Shown: positions 11,300-21,501, counted from the first letter of the stretch. The stretch is 64,000 bases of DNA from Gemmatimonadota bacterium (GCA_022560615.1 JADFSR010000013.1:29595-93594); one strand, 5' to 3'. Made by a program: numbers and translations. The notes: generated by a model from the letters alone, not told the origin.

Positions 11300-12465
11300 T
11301 CGCTCGCCGCGTCCCGCAGCACTTCGCGGGCGATCACCACTCTCATGATCTCGTTGGTTCCTTCGTAAATCTCGGTGCCCTTGGCATCTCGCAGAAGCTG
11401 CTCGACCGGATAGTGACGCATGTAGCCGTACCCGCCAAAAATCTGAATCGCTTCGTCCGCAGACCAGGTCGCGGCCTCCGAGGCAGCGAGCTTCGCGATC
11501 GCCGCGCGGCTCGTTACCCCGTCGGTGCCGGTGCGGGAATGCCCCGATCCGCGGTTGGCCGCCTCGATGGCAGCGCCAGCGTGGTGGGCCAGTAGCCGCG
11601 CTCCTGTGAGCTTGCGCGCCATCTCCGCGAGCTTCGCCTGGGTCGCGCCGAAGTCCGCGATCGCCCGCCCGAACTGCTTGCGCTCCAACGCGTACTTGGC
11701 TGCATGCTCCAGGGCAGATCGCCCGATGCCCACCGCCTGGGCCGCGATGCCGGCGCGGCCGAGGTCGAGAGCTTCCAACGCGTAGGGGAGTCCGCGACCC
11801 AAGTCACCCAACAGCGCCTCGGCGCCGAGCTCCACGCCGTCGAGCTCCACACGCACGATTTGGGACGCCCGAAACCCCATCGTCGATTCCCGCGCGCCCA
11901 CGCTGTATCCGTCGGCATCAGGTGACACCAGAAACGCACTGATGCCGTCCTCCCCGGTGCGAGCGAAGACGACGACGAGCCCGGCGCGGCGGCCGTTGGT
12001 GACCCACCGCTTTTCGCCACTCAGCCTCCACCCGGTCTCAGATCGCTCCGCCTTCGTGCAGATCGAGCCCGCGTCACTGCCCGCCTCCGGCTCGGAGAGG
12101 GCAAACGCCCCGAGCAACGCACCCGAGGCGAGCCCAGGCAGCCAACGCCGCTTTTGATCGTCGCTGCCGTACCGCCGCAACATGCTGGCTACAGGTCCGT
12201 TGTGGATCGCCACCGAGAGCGCCACCGAGGCATCACCCCAGGCCAGCTCCTCGAGCACGAGCAAGTAGCTGTCCAGATCGAAGTCGAGCCCGCCGTACTC
12301 CTCCGGAATCAACATCCCGAGGAATCCGAGCTCCGCGAGCTTGTCGAACACCGCCTCGTCGAGGTCACGGGCGCTGTCCCACTCAGCGGATGCGCCTCGC
12401 AGCTCACCCTCGGCGAACTCGTGGGCGAGCGCCTGGATCCCGAGCTGTTCTTGCGTCCAAGTCAT
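11296..12465 (-). CDS. acyl-CoA dehydrogenase
   Basis: Full-length ACAD with the C-terminal motif GGYGYMRHYPVEQLLRDAKGTEIYEGTNEI. Confidence 0.9.
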   Translation of the reverse strand: MTWTQEQLGIQALAHEFAEGELRGASAEWDSARDLDEAVFDKLAELGFLGMLIPEEYGGLDFDLDSYLLVLEELAWGDASVALSVAIHNGPVASMLRRYGSDDQKRRWLPGLASGALLGAFALSEPEAGSDAGSICTKAERSETGWRLSGEKRWVTNGRRAGLVVVFARTGEDGISAFLVSPDADGYSVGARESTMGFRASQIVRVELDGVELGAEALLGDLGRGLPYALEALDLGRAGIAAQAVGIGRSALEHAAKYALERKQFGRAIADFGATQAKLAEMARKLTGARLLAHHAGAAIEAANRGSGHSRTGTDGVTSRAAIAKLAASEAATWSADEAIQIFGGYGYMRHYPVEQLLRDAKGTEIYEGTNEIMRVVIAREVLRDAASD

Positions 12466-12471
12466 CGTCGA

Positions 12472-13326
12472 CTACTCATAGCCGTAGAAGCCACGGCCGC
12501 TTTTTCGGCCATGCCAGCCCGCCGCGACGTACTTGCGCAGCAGCGGAGACGGCCGGTATCGGTCGTCCCCCAACTCACGGTGCAGCACTTCGAGGATGTT
12601 CAGGCAAGTATCCAGCCCGATCAGGTCGGCGAGCTCCAATGGACCCATGGGGTGGTTCAAGCCGAGCTTCATCACCGTGTCGATCGCCTCGGCTTCCGCC
12701 ACACCCTCCATGAGGGCGGTCACCGCCTCATTGATCATCGGCATGAGGACGCGGTTGGAAACGAAGCCCGGGAAGTCGTTCACCTCCACGGGAGTCTTCC
12801 CAAGCTCCTCGGCGAGCTCGAGGGTCGCTCGTGTCGTCTCGTCACTCGTGGCGAGACCGCGGATCACTTCGACGAGCTTCATGACGGGAACCGGATTCAT
12901 GAAGTGCATGCCGATCACCCTGTCGGGGCACGACGTATGCGCGGCGATCTCGGTGATCGAAATGGACGAGGTATTGCTCGCTAGAATCGTATCGGGCCCC
13001 ACGGCGTGATCGAGTGTCTCGAAGAGGTCGTACTTAAGCTGCGCCTTCTCTGGCACGGCCTCGATCACGAGATCGACGCCCTCGACGCCGGCCGCGAGGT
13101 CCGTGCCTGTCTCGATGCGGGCGAGCGTCGCATCACGGGCGGACTCGTCCAGAATTCCCTTCTCGACCTGCCGGGCGAGGTTCTTGACGATGGTTGCCGT
13201 CGCCCTCTCAAGCACCTCTCGCGAAACGTCGAGCAATCGCACTTCCCTACCGTGCTGAGCTGCGACATGGGCGATGCCGTTGCCCATCGTGCCTCCGCCA
13301 ACCACCGCGATTCGGTGGATACTCAT
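12472..13326 (-). CDS. hbd: 3-hydroxybutyryl-CoA / 3-hydroxyacyl-CoA dehydrogenase
   Basis: [21 protein letters not shown]... has the NAD-binding motif and a 3HCDH C-terminal domain. The start was trimmed to the ATG at 13326. Confidence 0.9.
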   Translation of the reverse strand: MSIHRIAVVGGGTMGNGIAHVAAQHGREVRLLDVSREVLERATATIVKNLARQVEKGILDESARDATLARIETGTDLAAGVEGVDLVIEAVPEKAQLKYDLFETLDHAVGPDTILASNTSSISITEIAAHTSCPDRVIGMHFMNPVPVMKLVEVIRGLATSDETTRATLELAEELGKTPVEVNDFPGFVSNRVLMPMINEAVTALMEGVAEAEAIDTVMKLGLNHPMGPLELADLIGLDTCLNILEVLHRELGDDRYRPSPLLRKYVAAGWHGRKSGRGFYGYE

Positions 13327-14315
13327 GCCCCGATCGCTCCTTGGGGCCCTCTGGGTCGGTGCAGGTCCGCTACAGCCAACGGCGACGTACGCAAAGCCGC
13401 CTCTCCAGGCCGCAGCCAGGGTCCCCACCAGCACGCAGCTGCAGCCGCCAAGACCACGACGGTCGCGAGCGCGCTGCCTTCAGGTCCGAATCCACCACCA
13501 CCGAGCCAATTCGGGCCCTGGGCGACGCCGTCGTAGAAGGGCGCGTCCAACAGCTCCAGACCACTTACCGGCACATCGGCCAGGTACCCGTGCCCCCAGT
13601 TCCAGCCCAGGTGCACCCCGGTGGCCCACCATAGACTTCCGGTGCGCAGGTACACAGCACCGAGCAACAGTCCCGCCGCCGCAATGTTCGCCAGCCCCAA
13701 CCACGTCACCTCGGGGTTGCCGAAGTGCAAAGCCCCGAAGGCGATCGACGTGACGAGCAAAGCCGTCGATGGGCCCCATGCCTCGGCGAGGGCCTGGAAG
13801 GGGTATCCCCTCAGCAGAGCTTCCTCGGCCGCTGCGGGCAGCGCCAGAAACAGCAACGAACTCGCGCCACCCACCAACCAGGCGCCAGCCGTGCCCGGCT
13901 GGGCTGACCAACGCAAACCGCCGAGGGCGGCCATTGCGAGCACCACCACCATCGCCACCACCACTCCGAGCCCGAGCCCCACCGCGGCTTCGCGTCCCGC
14001 GACCGGACTCAAGTAGAAACCGAGCGCGCCCGGAGCTCGCCCGTCGAGGGCAAGCGTGGCCCACCCTCCCACCAGCGCCCCGGAGAGCAGAGCCACCGAG
14101 CCACGCTGGGTCCCCGCCGGAAGAAGCATCCCCACGATCAGCCCGACGAGCGTCGCGGTGACCACGAAGAACAGAAGGCGCCAGCCCAGCCGGAGCCGCC
14201 CGCCCGTCCCTGTGAGGACCGCGCCTCGGAGCACTCCTTTGGGCAAGAGTGTTGGGGGCAAGGGTGTTACGCCTTCTCCACAGAGAGCGCCAGCGCGTGG
14301 CCGCCGCCGAGGCAA
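13323..14315 (-). CDS. CPBP-family (CAAX / Abi) intramembrane metalloprotease
   Basis: Contains [18 protein letters not shown] and HLGWNW motifs. The start is uncertain: the listed start overlaps the thiolase gene by 49 nt. Confidence 0.62.
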   Translation of the reverse strand: MPRRRPRAGALCGEGVTPLPPTLLPKGVLRGAVLTGTGGRLRLGWRLLFFVVTATLVGLIVGMLLPAGTQRGSVALLSGALVGGWATLALDGRAPGALGFYLSPVAGREAAVGLGLGVVVAMVVVLAMAALGGLRWSAQPGTAGAWLVGGASSLLFLALPAAAEEALLRGYPFQALAEAWGPSTALLVTSIAFGALHFGNPEVTWLGLANIAAAGLLLGAVYLRTGSLWWATGVHLGWNWGHGYLADVPVSGLELLDAPFYDGVAQGPNWLGGGGFGPEGSALATVVVLAAAAACWWGPWLRPGEAALRTSPLAVADLHRPRGPQGAIGA

Positions 14316-15481
14316 AGCGTTGCGAGCCCGGTCCCCGCCCCCCGATGCTCCAGCGCGTTCAGCAACGTCACCAGGATACGCGTGCCGGACGCCCCGATCG
14401 GGTGGCCCAGCGCAACCGCACCTCCGTTCACGTTCACGAGCTCCTCGTCCATTCCCAGCGCACGCATGTCGGCGATCGCCTGCACTGCGAAGGCCTCGTT
14501 CACCTCCACGAGCTCATAGTCGCTGATCTCCTTTCCTTCCTTTCGCATCAGGTTGTTCACCGCTGCGATCGGAGCGAAAAAGAGATCCTGAGGCTCGGTG
14601 GCACTGACGGCGTACGCCGAGATGAGGGCGTCCACTTGGAGCCCGTGCGCCTCGGCGTACTCGAGCGAGGCCACTACAACCGCCGCCGCCCCGTCATTGA
14701 GGCCGGGAGCGTTTCCAGCGGTGACAACGTGCTCGTCGATCCCCTCGGGCGCGTCACGTGCGAACGCCGGCCGCAGCTTGCTCAGCGCCTCGAGCGAACT
14801 GTCGGCCCGCGGGCTCTCGTCCGTGTCGACGACCGTCACGCCGCGACGGCCCTTGACCTCGACCGGAACGATCTCGTCCCTGAACCGCCCCTCTTCGATC
14901 GCGGCCACCGCCTTCTGGTGCGAGCGCAGCGAGAACTCGTCCGCGTCGGTGCGCGTGACCCCTGCCTTGTCGGCTGTGTACTCTGCGTGCCCACCCATGT
15001 GACAGGCCCCGAACGAGCACCACAGGCCATCGTGGATCAGTCCATCCTCGAGGGTTTGGTTCCCCAACTTCACGCCATTCCGCAACCCACGGACATAAAA
15101 AGGCACGTTGGACATCGACTCCATCCCACCGGCCAGCACGAGCCGGGCATCACCCGCCCGCACGGCCTGCGCCGCGAGCATGACCGCCTTCAGCCCCGAG
15201 CCGCAGACCTTGTTGATCGTCAGCGCAGGAATCGTCGCCGGCACACCGCCGTTCACGGCGGCCTGGCGGGCCGGGGCCTGGCCTGCTCCAGCGGACACGA
15301 CGTGGCCCATGATGACCTCGTCGAGGTCGGTGACCTCGATGCCGGCGCGCCCGATCGCGGCGCGGACAGCGATGGCGCCCAACTCGGGGGCCGAGAGTGG
15401 GCTGAGCCCACCCAGGAACCGTCCGATTGGTGTCCGGGCGCCCCCCTTCAAGATGACAGGGGTCGTCGATTTATCGGTCAT
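14267..15481 (-). CDS. acetyl-CoA C-acetyltransferase (thiolase II)
   Basis: Carries the active-site cysteines NKVCGSGLKAV and CLGGGHALA. Confidence 0.92.
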   Translation of the reverse strand: MTDKSTTPVILKGGARTPIGRFLGGLSPLSAPELGAIAVRAAIGRAGIEVTDLDEVIMGHVVSAGAGQAPARQAAVNGGVPATIPALTINKVCGSGLKAVMLAAQAVRAGDARLVLAGGMESMSNVPFYVRGLRNGVKLGNQTLEDGLIHDGLWCSFGACHMGGHAEYTADKAGVTRTDADEFSLRSHQKAVAAIEEGRFRDEIVPVEVKGRRGVTVVDTDESPRADSSLEALSKLRPAFARDAPEGIDEHVVTAGNAPGLNDGAAAVVVASLEYAEAHGLQVDALISAYAVSATEPQDLFFAPIAAVNNLMRKEGKEISDYELVEVNEAFAVQAIADMRALGMDEELVNVNGGAVALGHPIGASGTRILVTLLNALEHRGAGTGLATLCLGGGHALALSVEKA

Positions 15482-15605
15482 GAAAAGCCCAACTCGGTGT
15501 CGTTATTTGCCGATGTCGCCGGTGCTGAGTGCGCATAGTCGCTAACCCGAATGATACCGAAATCGGGGGGTGCGGTCACCTCGGCCAGAGTGGCCGTGCC
15601 GCAGT

Positions 15606-16487
15606 CTACTCCTCCCGCAGGCGGGGCCTTTCGGAGTCGGGATCGAGCCGGCCCCAGGGCACGCTGGCATCGTGTTCGAAGACCAACAGCCACTCCTCTT
15701 CTCGGGCCTGCTTCCACAGCGAGCGCTTCGACTCGAGCGTCACCAGCGGCTCGAGATCGTACCCCATGATCCACGGGAGCGGCATGTGCGCCGACGTCGG
15801 GCAGACATCCGCCAAATAGCAGGCGGTATCGCCTGCGCTGCTCACGAGCACTGAGTGGTGGTGTGGAGTATGGCCGGGGGTACGCACGACGCTCACACCG
15901 TCCGTGATCTCGGCGTCACCCTCGACGAAGTCCCACAGGCCGGCTTCCGCTACGGGCTCGAAATTCTTTGAGAGATAGCTCGCTCGCACGCGTTCGTTGC
16001 CGCCCCGAGCGAAGTCGAACTCCGCTTTCTGTACCATGTGGCGGGCCTGCGGGAAGGCCGGCCTCAACGCGCCGTCCGGGTCCAAGAAGGTGTTTCCCCC
16101 CGCGTGATCGAAGTGGAGATGCGTGTTGAGCACGATGTCGATGTCTTCCGGCTCGAACCCGGCGTCGCGGATCCCGTCCTCGAGGCGTGTCGGCTCACCG
16201 GCGTTGTCGAGCCCATAGAGGTCGATAAACTTTTCGCTCTCTTTGCCACCGATTCCGGTGTCTACGAGGACCAGGGCGTTGGGCGCCTCGATGAGCAGAC
16301 AGCGCAGAGCGAGCGGGATCCGGTTGCGGTCGTCGGACGGGATCCGCCGCTCCCACAGGGGTTTCGGCACCACCCCGAACATTGCTCCTCCGTCGAGCCA
16401 CTGAAGCCCGGCCTCGATGACGTGGATGCGGATCGATCCGATGTCCGTCGCGCGACTGAGCGGAAGATCCGCGGCGGTAATCGTCAT
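15606..16487 (-). CDS. MBL-fold metallo-hydrolase
   Basis: Contains HLHFDHAGGN and TPGHTPHHHS motifs. The start was trimmed to MTITAADL (ATG at 16487), which overlaps the upstream gene's stop by 4 bp. Confidence 0.8.
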   Translation of the reverse strand: MTITAADLPLSRATDIGSIRIHVIEAGLQWLDGGAMFGVVPKPLWERRIPSDDRNRIPLALRCLLIEAPNALVLVDTGIGGKESEKFIDLYGLDNAGEPTRLEDGIRDAGFEPEDIDIVLNTHLHFDHAGGNTFLDPDGALRPAFPQARHMVQKAEFDFARGGNERVRASYLSKNFEPVAEAGLWDFVEGDAEITDGVSVVRTPGHTPHHHSVLVSSAGDTACYLADVCPTSAHMPLPWIMGYDLEPLVTLESKRSLWKQAREEEWLLVFEHDASVPWGRLDPDSERPRLREE

Positions 16488-17212
16488 CGGCGTCTTCTCC
16501 TCCGGGGCTCGTAGCCGGGAAGTTCCAGAGAGTATTGGTCGGGGTTGAATACTTTGCGCTGTCGTCGGCGCTTGAGGTACCACTGTAGCGTCGCAAGATC
16601 CTCGACGCCTCTCCCGCTCGCTTCGTCGAGCAGACGCAGCAGGACCCTAGCCGTTGCAAGCGCATCTCCGTGGGCGCGGTGCCGAGCGTGGATGTCGACC
16701 CCGAAATGCCTGGTCACGACGTCGAGATTCCTGTGTCGGAGCACCGGGACCAGGCGCCGCACCATACGCACGGTGCACAGTTTGGGGACGTTCGGTACAT
16801 CCACGTTCGCGCGCACGAGCTCGGCCGAAACGAAGCTCCAGTCGAAAGTCGCGTTGTGAGCCACGAACGCGCGTCCCTCGAGGCGGCGTGCCACGTCCTC
16901 GGCGATGTGGTCGAAGTACGGTGCGATCGCCGTCATGTCGCTCGTGATACCGGTGAGGGACGTGATCATCGACGGAACGCCCTGCCCCGGATTCACAAGC
17001 GTCTCGTATTCGTCGACGATCGCCCCGTCCCGCACTTCTACGATGGCGATCTCGACGATGCGGTGACCGTTCCAAGCCCGGCCCCCGGTGGTCTCAACGT
17101 CGACGACCGCGAACGGCACCTCGCACAGGGGAGCACCAAGCGGCGCCAACGTGGGGTCGAGGCTCCATACGCCCTCTTCGTCCACCAGGAAGCGGGGGTC
17201 GGCACCGAGCAT
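16484..17212 (-). CDS. DnaQ-like 3'-5' exonuclease (DEDD family), N-terminus uncertain
   Basis: Contains FAVVDVETTG, HNATFDW and HRAHGDALATA motifs. The first in-frame ATG outside repeat E is at 17212. The open frame continues upstream through repeat E to 17422. Confidence 0.6.
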   Translation of the reverse strand: MLGADPRFLVDEEGVWSLDPTLAPLGAPLCEVPFAVVDVETTGGRAWNGHRIVEIAIVEVRDGAIVDEYETLVNPGQGVPSMITSLTGITSDMTAIAPYFDHIAEDVARRLEGRAFVAHNATFDWSFVSAELVRANVDVPNVPKLCTVRMVRRLVPVLRHRNLDVVTRHFGVDIHARHRAHGDALATARVLLRLLDEASGRGVEDLATLQWYLKRRRQRKVFNPDQYSLELPGYEPRRRRRR

Positions 17213-17336
17213 CTGGAAGACTGCCGCCGAAGCGGCTCCGGGGTGTCCGGAGAGCCCGAGCACGTCGCCGGCCAGCTCGAGGGTGTGCGTCGGTCCGTCC
17301 CCGAGGCGGCGGACCGCACGCCGGATGAGAGAGGTC

Positions 17337-17548
17337 CTAGGAGGGTGATCGGAAAGGGGGGTGGGCCGCGCACATGGCGCTTGCGCGTGTTCAGCCAAGG
17401 AACGACGAGGAGGCGTAGTCATTCTACGGCGACGAGGAGAGACGCAGGATCAACCGCGCAACCGCCATGTGCCCAGCACCATGCATGACATGAACGTACG
17501 CGTCGGTGGGTTGGGGTGGCACGCCCCCCTTTCCGATCACCCTCCTAG
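17337..17548 (-). repeat. MITE-like repeat, copy E (type-1 TIRs, shortest variant, inverted)
   Basis: Left end: CTAGGAGGGTGATCGGAAAGGGGGGTGGGCCGCG. Right end: GGCACGCCCCCCTTTCCGATCACCCTCCTAG. Both ends carry the same A-to-G change (CTAGGAGGG). Confidence 0.85.
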
Positions 17549-17557
17549 ACCCTCCGA

Positions 17558-18199
17558 TCACTCCCCGGCCTCACCCCACGTGATCTTGAACGAGAGCGCC
17601 TCGAGCTCCATCACGACATTGACGTCCTCGACGGGGATCGAGTCCGGTACCTTGATCTGGACTGGCGCGAAATTGAGGATGCCCTTTACGCCCGCCTGGA
17701 CCGCCCGGTCCGCGACCTCTTGAGCCGCCGAAGCCGGCACCGCCAGGATCACGAGATCGACATCGAGCTCGTCGATCACCGTCTCGAGCCGTTCCGACGA
17801 GTAGATGGTGGTCGTCCCCCACTGCGCGCCGATCTTCTCCGGGTCGGAGTCGAGGATCGCGACGCAGTCGTAACCACGCGTCTTGAAGTCCGGATATTCG
17901 TACAGCGCCCGTCCGATGCGGCCCGCACCGACGAGCACCACCCGCCACACGCGGTCGAGGCCAAGAATGGCCCGGAGACGCACACTCAGCTCCTCAACGC
18001 TGTATCCGAGGCCTCGCTTGCCGAAGGAGCCGAAATGCGAGAGGTCCTTTCGGACCTGAGCAGCCGTTGTGTGGCCCCGCGACGCGAGCTCTTCGCTCGA
18101 CACGGTTCCTCCCCCTGCCTCCTCGAGACCTTCGAGGGCCCGGAGATAGTGGGACAACCGGCGTACTGTCGAGTCGGAGATGCGTCTGGACACGGGCAC
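17558..18199 (-). CDS. rex: redox-sensing transcriptional repressor Rex
   Basis: N-terminal winged helix (RRLSHYLRAL) followed by a Rossmann fold (VVLVGAGRIGRAL). Confidence 0.9.
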   Translation of the reverse strand: MPVSRRISDSTVRRLSHYLRALEGLEEAGGGTVSSEELASRGHTTAAQVRKDLSHFGSFGKRGLGYSVEELSVRLRAILGLDRVWRVVLVGAGRIGRALYEYPDFKTRGYDCVAILDSDPEKIGAQWGTTTIYSSERLETVIDELDVDLVILAVPASAAQEVADRAVQAGVKGILNFAPVQIKVPDSIPVEDVNVVMELEALSFKITWGEAGE

Positions 18200-18233
18200 G
18201 GTTCAGGGGCCCACGGCGCAAGGAAAGCACCGC

Positions 18234-18251
18234 TTGTGAAAATCTTCACAA
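18234..18251. promoter_or_regulatory. Rex operator (TTGTGAA-N4-TTCACAA) in the rex upstream region
   Basis: TTGTGAAAATCTTCACAA is a perfect match to the Rex-box consensus. It lies 35 bp upstream of the rex start, which suggests autoregulation. Confidence 0.6.
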
Positions 18252-18264
18252 ATGTACTGGAGGC

Positions 18265-19080
18265 TCAGAACGACGGCAACGCGCCAGCCAACCGAATGAA
18301 GGCTTCCGGCGAGAGGCGCTCAGGACGGTCCGCTAGTTCGAAGCCGACACTCGCGGCTATGCGTCGGAGTTCACCCGCGGGGACGGAGAGGTCCGGGTGG
18401 TCGCGCAGGATCTTTCCTAACTGCTTTCGGCGCCACTGGAACAGTGCGCGCACCACGGTGCGGAGGCGCTCTTCATCCGCAAGCACGAGCGGCTCGGGCT
18501 TCAGCGGCTTGATCCGGATCACCGCAGAATCGACGCCTGTTACCGGCCGGAATGCTCCTCTGCCCACACCGAAGAGACGCTCGGCCGTTGCCACACTTCG
18601 CACCCCGACGGCGAGGGCACCGTATGCTTTGCTTCCGACCGGAGCTGTGATGCGGTCTGCGACCTCCTGCTGCACCATCAGGACGATCTCACGGGGTCGG
18701 GGCCGCTCGAGCAGCCGGAAGATGATCGGCGAAGTGATGTTGAAAGGAATGTTACCGACCACGAGCGCTTCCGACGGGTTACGCACATGCTCCCAGAACG
18801 GCTCCTCGAGAACGTCGCCGTGCACGACCCGGACATCGTCGCGGTCTGCCACCTCTGCCGTCCACCACGCAGCCATTTCGTTGTCGAGCTCGATGAGAAC
18901 GAGCCGGTCTACGGTCCCAATGAGGTGGTGAGTGAGCGCGCCTCGGCCCGGCCCGATCTCGACGACCTCGTCACTCGGCTTGGCACCCAACGCGGCGACG
19001 ATCTTCCTTTGCACGTTCGGGTCGACGAGGAAGTTCTGACCGAGCGATCGTTTGGCACGTCGCCGGGACGGTTCGCTCAT
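18265..19080 (-). CDS. rsmA: 16S rRNA (adenine1518/1519-N6)-dimethyltransferase
   Basis: SLGQNFLVDPNVQRKIV...EIGPGRGALT. Confidence 0.92.
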   Translation of the reverse strand: MSEPSRRRAKRSLGQNFLVDPNVQRKIVAALGAKPSDEVVEIGPGRGALTHHLIGTVDRLVLIELDNEMAAWWTAEVADRDDVRVVHGDVLEEPFWEHVRNPSEALVVGNIPFNITSPIIFRLLERPRPREIVLMVQQEVADRITAPVGSKAYGALAVGVRSVATAERLFGVGRGAFRPVTGVDSAVIRIKPLKPEPLVLADEERLRTVVRALFQWRRKQLGKILRDHPDLSVPAGELRRIAASVGFELADRPERLSPEAFIRLAGALPSF

Positions 19081-19097
19081 GGCGTGGAACCGTGAAG

Positions 19098-20684
19098 TCA
19101 GACTCTGACGACCAAGACAGTCCGGTCGTCACCCAGAAGCTGGTGTCCGCTGGGCTCGTCGGGTAAAAGCGCGAAGAGACCGTCCACGATGTCCATCGGC
19201 TTCCGGTACCGCTGCTTGATCGCAGTCTCGAGGATCAGCCCCTCCCCGTCGCCTCGTGAGTGCGAGCCGAGCATGTCGGAGAGCCCGTCGGTGAACAGGA
19301 GGAGCACGTCGCGTTCGGGCTCCCAGGCTACCATCGCCTCGTGATACGAGTCGGGACCTGCAAAACCTACGGGCGGGTCGGTGGCTGTAAGCCGCTCGGC
19401 GGTCCCGTCGTCCCGGATGGCGAAGGCATGGGGGTGACCGGCGTTCGAATAGACGAGTGTGCCGGCCTTCGGATCCAGCACGCCATAGAAGACGGTCAGG
19501 AACATCTCGGTCGTCTCGAGTTCTCCGGCCAGCGCATTGTCGAGCGAGCGGAGAACTTGAGCCGGGGACGTGAATTCTCGGGCGTAAACGCCCGCGACGC
19601 TCAGCGTCAGGGTCATGATCAGCGCTGAAGGGAACCCGTGCAGTGAGACATCGCCCAGCATGACGCCGATGCGCTCATCCGGGAGCTTGAACAGCTGGTA
19701 GAAGTCGCCACCAACCTGCTCAGCGGGCTGCACGCGCCCCCCCGCATTGACCCAGTCGAAGCGATCGGCGGCCGGGAGCAACTTCATCTGCAGGTCGTGT
19801 GCGAGCTCCATCTCCTTGGCCATGCGCTCCTTGGAGAGACTCAACTCCACGAGCCTGTGGTTCTCGAGAGCTGCCCCGATCTGCGACGCGATCGCCGCCA
19901 GTAGCTTCTGGTGGGCGGCGCTGAAGGGGCCCCCGTCCTGGCGCCCGATGAGGTTCACGACGCCCACGGTGCGCGACTCACCGGTCGCCGGCGCATACCG
20001 GATCGGCACGGACAGGAAGGAGTCGCCTTCACCCCCGGCGGCACGCTCCACCCCCGTGGGCCGGCGGGACCCAATGATCGGCTGTCCGCCTCGGAAAACC
20101 ATCGAGGTCACAGGGTCCGGGTCGTCCGAACCGAGCGGTCTCTCACGGCCGTCGTCGCCCACCTCGGCACAGAGGTAGAGCCGATCGTCCTCCGGCTCAT
20201 AGACCCACAGCGAGCCGCGCATCGCGCCCATGACGTCGGTAACCTCGGAGAGAATCTTTCTTGCGCCGTCGTCGAGATCCAGCGTGGCGCCGAGGGTCTC
20301 GCTGATGAAATAGAGGAGGTTGATCTCCTCGAACCGCTCCGAAAGCTCGTACGTGAAGAACTGGACCTCGCGCGCGGTCTCTAGCATACGCTCGAGCACC
20401 GGGGCGAGCACGGCTGCGATCGCGTCCGCATCGCCGTTCGGCGAAGCAATCTGCAGCTCGAGCGGTGGTCCCTGCTGCGCGGCAATCGGGCGCCGCGCAT
20501 TCGATTCAGCGGCGGTTTCGGTATCGAAGGCGTCGCTCGCGTACACGACCTCGCTGGCAGCGCCCGGTTCCGTAGGTGCCACGATGAGCCGCAGGGAAGC
20601 GTCGAATACCCTCTCGAAGTCAGCAAGCGTCTGGAGGACCGGCTCGGGTAACGTCGCGAGGACGAGCCGGTCGGGAACCGTCAC
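19098..20684 (-). CDS. GAF-domain PP2C-type serine phosphatase (RsbU/SpoIIE-like)
   Basis: A central GAF domain is followed by a C-terminal PP2C/SpoIIE domain (GDFYQLF...GDVSLHGFPSALIMT...TDGLSD). Confidence 0.85.
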   Translation of the reverse strand: MTVPDRLVLATLPEPVLQTLADFERVFDASLRLIVAPTEPGAASEVVYASDAFDTETAAESNARRPIAAQQGPPLELQIASPNGDADAIAAVLAPVLERMLETAREVQFFTYELSERFEEINLLYFISETLGATLDLDDGARKILSEVTDVMGAMRGSLWVYEPEDDRLYLCAEVGDDGRERPLGSDDPDPVTSMVFRGGQPIIGSRRPTGVERAAGGEGDSFLSVPIRYAPATGESRTVGVVNLIGRQDGGPFSAAHQKLLAAIASQIGAALENHRLVELSLSKERMAKEMELAHDLQMKLLPAADRFDWVNAGGRVQPAEQVGGDFYQLFKLPDERIGVMLGDVSLHGFPSALIMTLTLSVAGVYAREFTSPAQVLRSLDNALAGELETTEMFLTVFYGVLDPKAGTLVYSNAGHPHAFAIRDDGTAERLTATDPPVGFAGPDSYHEAMVAWEPERDVLLLFTDGLSDMLGSHSRGDGEGLILETAIKQRYRKPMDIVDGLFALLPDEPSGHQLLGDDRTVLVVRV

Positions 20685-21121
20685 GCCTGGGCGCCACCCT
20701 CGAGGGCGCTGCCCTGCTCAAGCCGAAGAACGAGTGTGACCTGATTGCCCTGATCGTTGTACCGCACTTCGTCGAGCAGTTGACGCATCAAGAACACGCC
20801 CCGGCCACCAGACTTGAGAATATTCTCCGGTTCGGTGGGGTCCGGGATCGTGCTCGGATCGAAGCCCCTTCCCTGGTCGGTGATCCGCGCCTCGAGTCGG
20901 CCGTTCTCGAACGTTACCTCGACGCGAACGCTCTTGGACTGGTCGTGCGCATTGCCGTAGAGCATCGCGTTCGTGAGCGCCTCGGTGAGCCCCACCCGGA
21001 AGTTCAGACGCAGGCGCTTTTCGTACGTCTCACACGTGCGACAACGCCGCAGGACGTAGTCGACGGCGTGCTCGATGGAGCGCACATCCGTCGGGATTTC
21101 GAGAACGAGGTCGTTGTCCAT
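20681..21121 (-). CDS. anti-sigma-factor serine kinase (RsbW/SpoIIAB-like HATPase_c)
   Basis: NAMLYGN...DQGRGFDP...GGRGVFLMRQL. Confidence 0.8.
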   Translation of the reverse strand: MDNDLVLEIPTDVRSIEHAVDYVLRRCRTCETYEKRLRLNFRVGLTEALTNAMLYGNAHDQSKSVRVEVTFENGRLEARITDQGRGFDPSTIPDPTEPENILKSGGRGVFLMRQLLDEVRYNDQGNQVTLVLRLEQGSALEGGAQA

Positions 21122-21168
21122 CTACGCCTGATCCGACGCTCGAGGGCCTGGGCTACGGGAATCGAGGA

Positions 21169-21501
21169 TCAAAATCCCTCCAGCGCCTCTTCCTTGGTAT
21201 CAGTGATTCGGAACAGCGTGTCGAGCTTCGTGAGCTCGAAGAGGGTCCGGAGGTCCTCATTGAGGCTCGACAGCCGAAGCTCCCCGCCTTGCTCCCGGAT
21301 CTTCTTCGAGAGGCTGACCAGGACGCCCAGTCCGGACGAGTCGATATAGCCCGTGCTCGAGAAATCGATGACGAACTTCCGGTCGCCACCCTCGAGCTGT
21401 TCCAGCACCCGCTGCTTGAGCTCCTGACGGTTCCCGACAATGAGCTGACCCTCGACTTCGACGAGAGTTGCATCACCGCTTTGCGATACCTGAAAGCCCA
21501 T
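21169..21501 (-). CDS. STAS-domain anti-sigma-factor antagonist
   Basis: A 110-aa protein; the phosphorylatable serine lies in the context GYIDSSGLG. Confidence 0.8.
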   Translation of the reverse strand: MGFQVSQSGDATLVEVEGQLIVGNRQELKQRVLEQLEGGDRKFVIDFSSTGYIDSSGLGVLVSLSKKIREQGGELRLSSLNEDLRTLFELTKLDTLFRITDTKEEALEGF

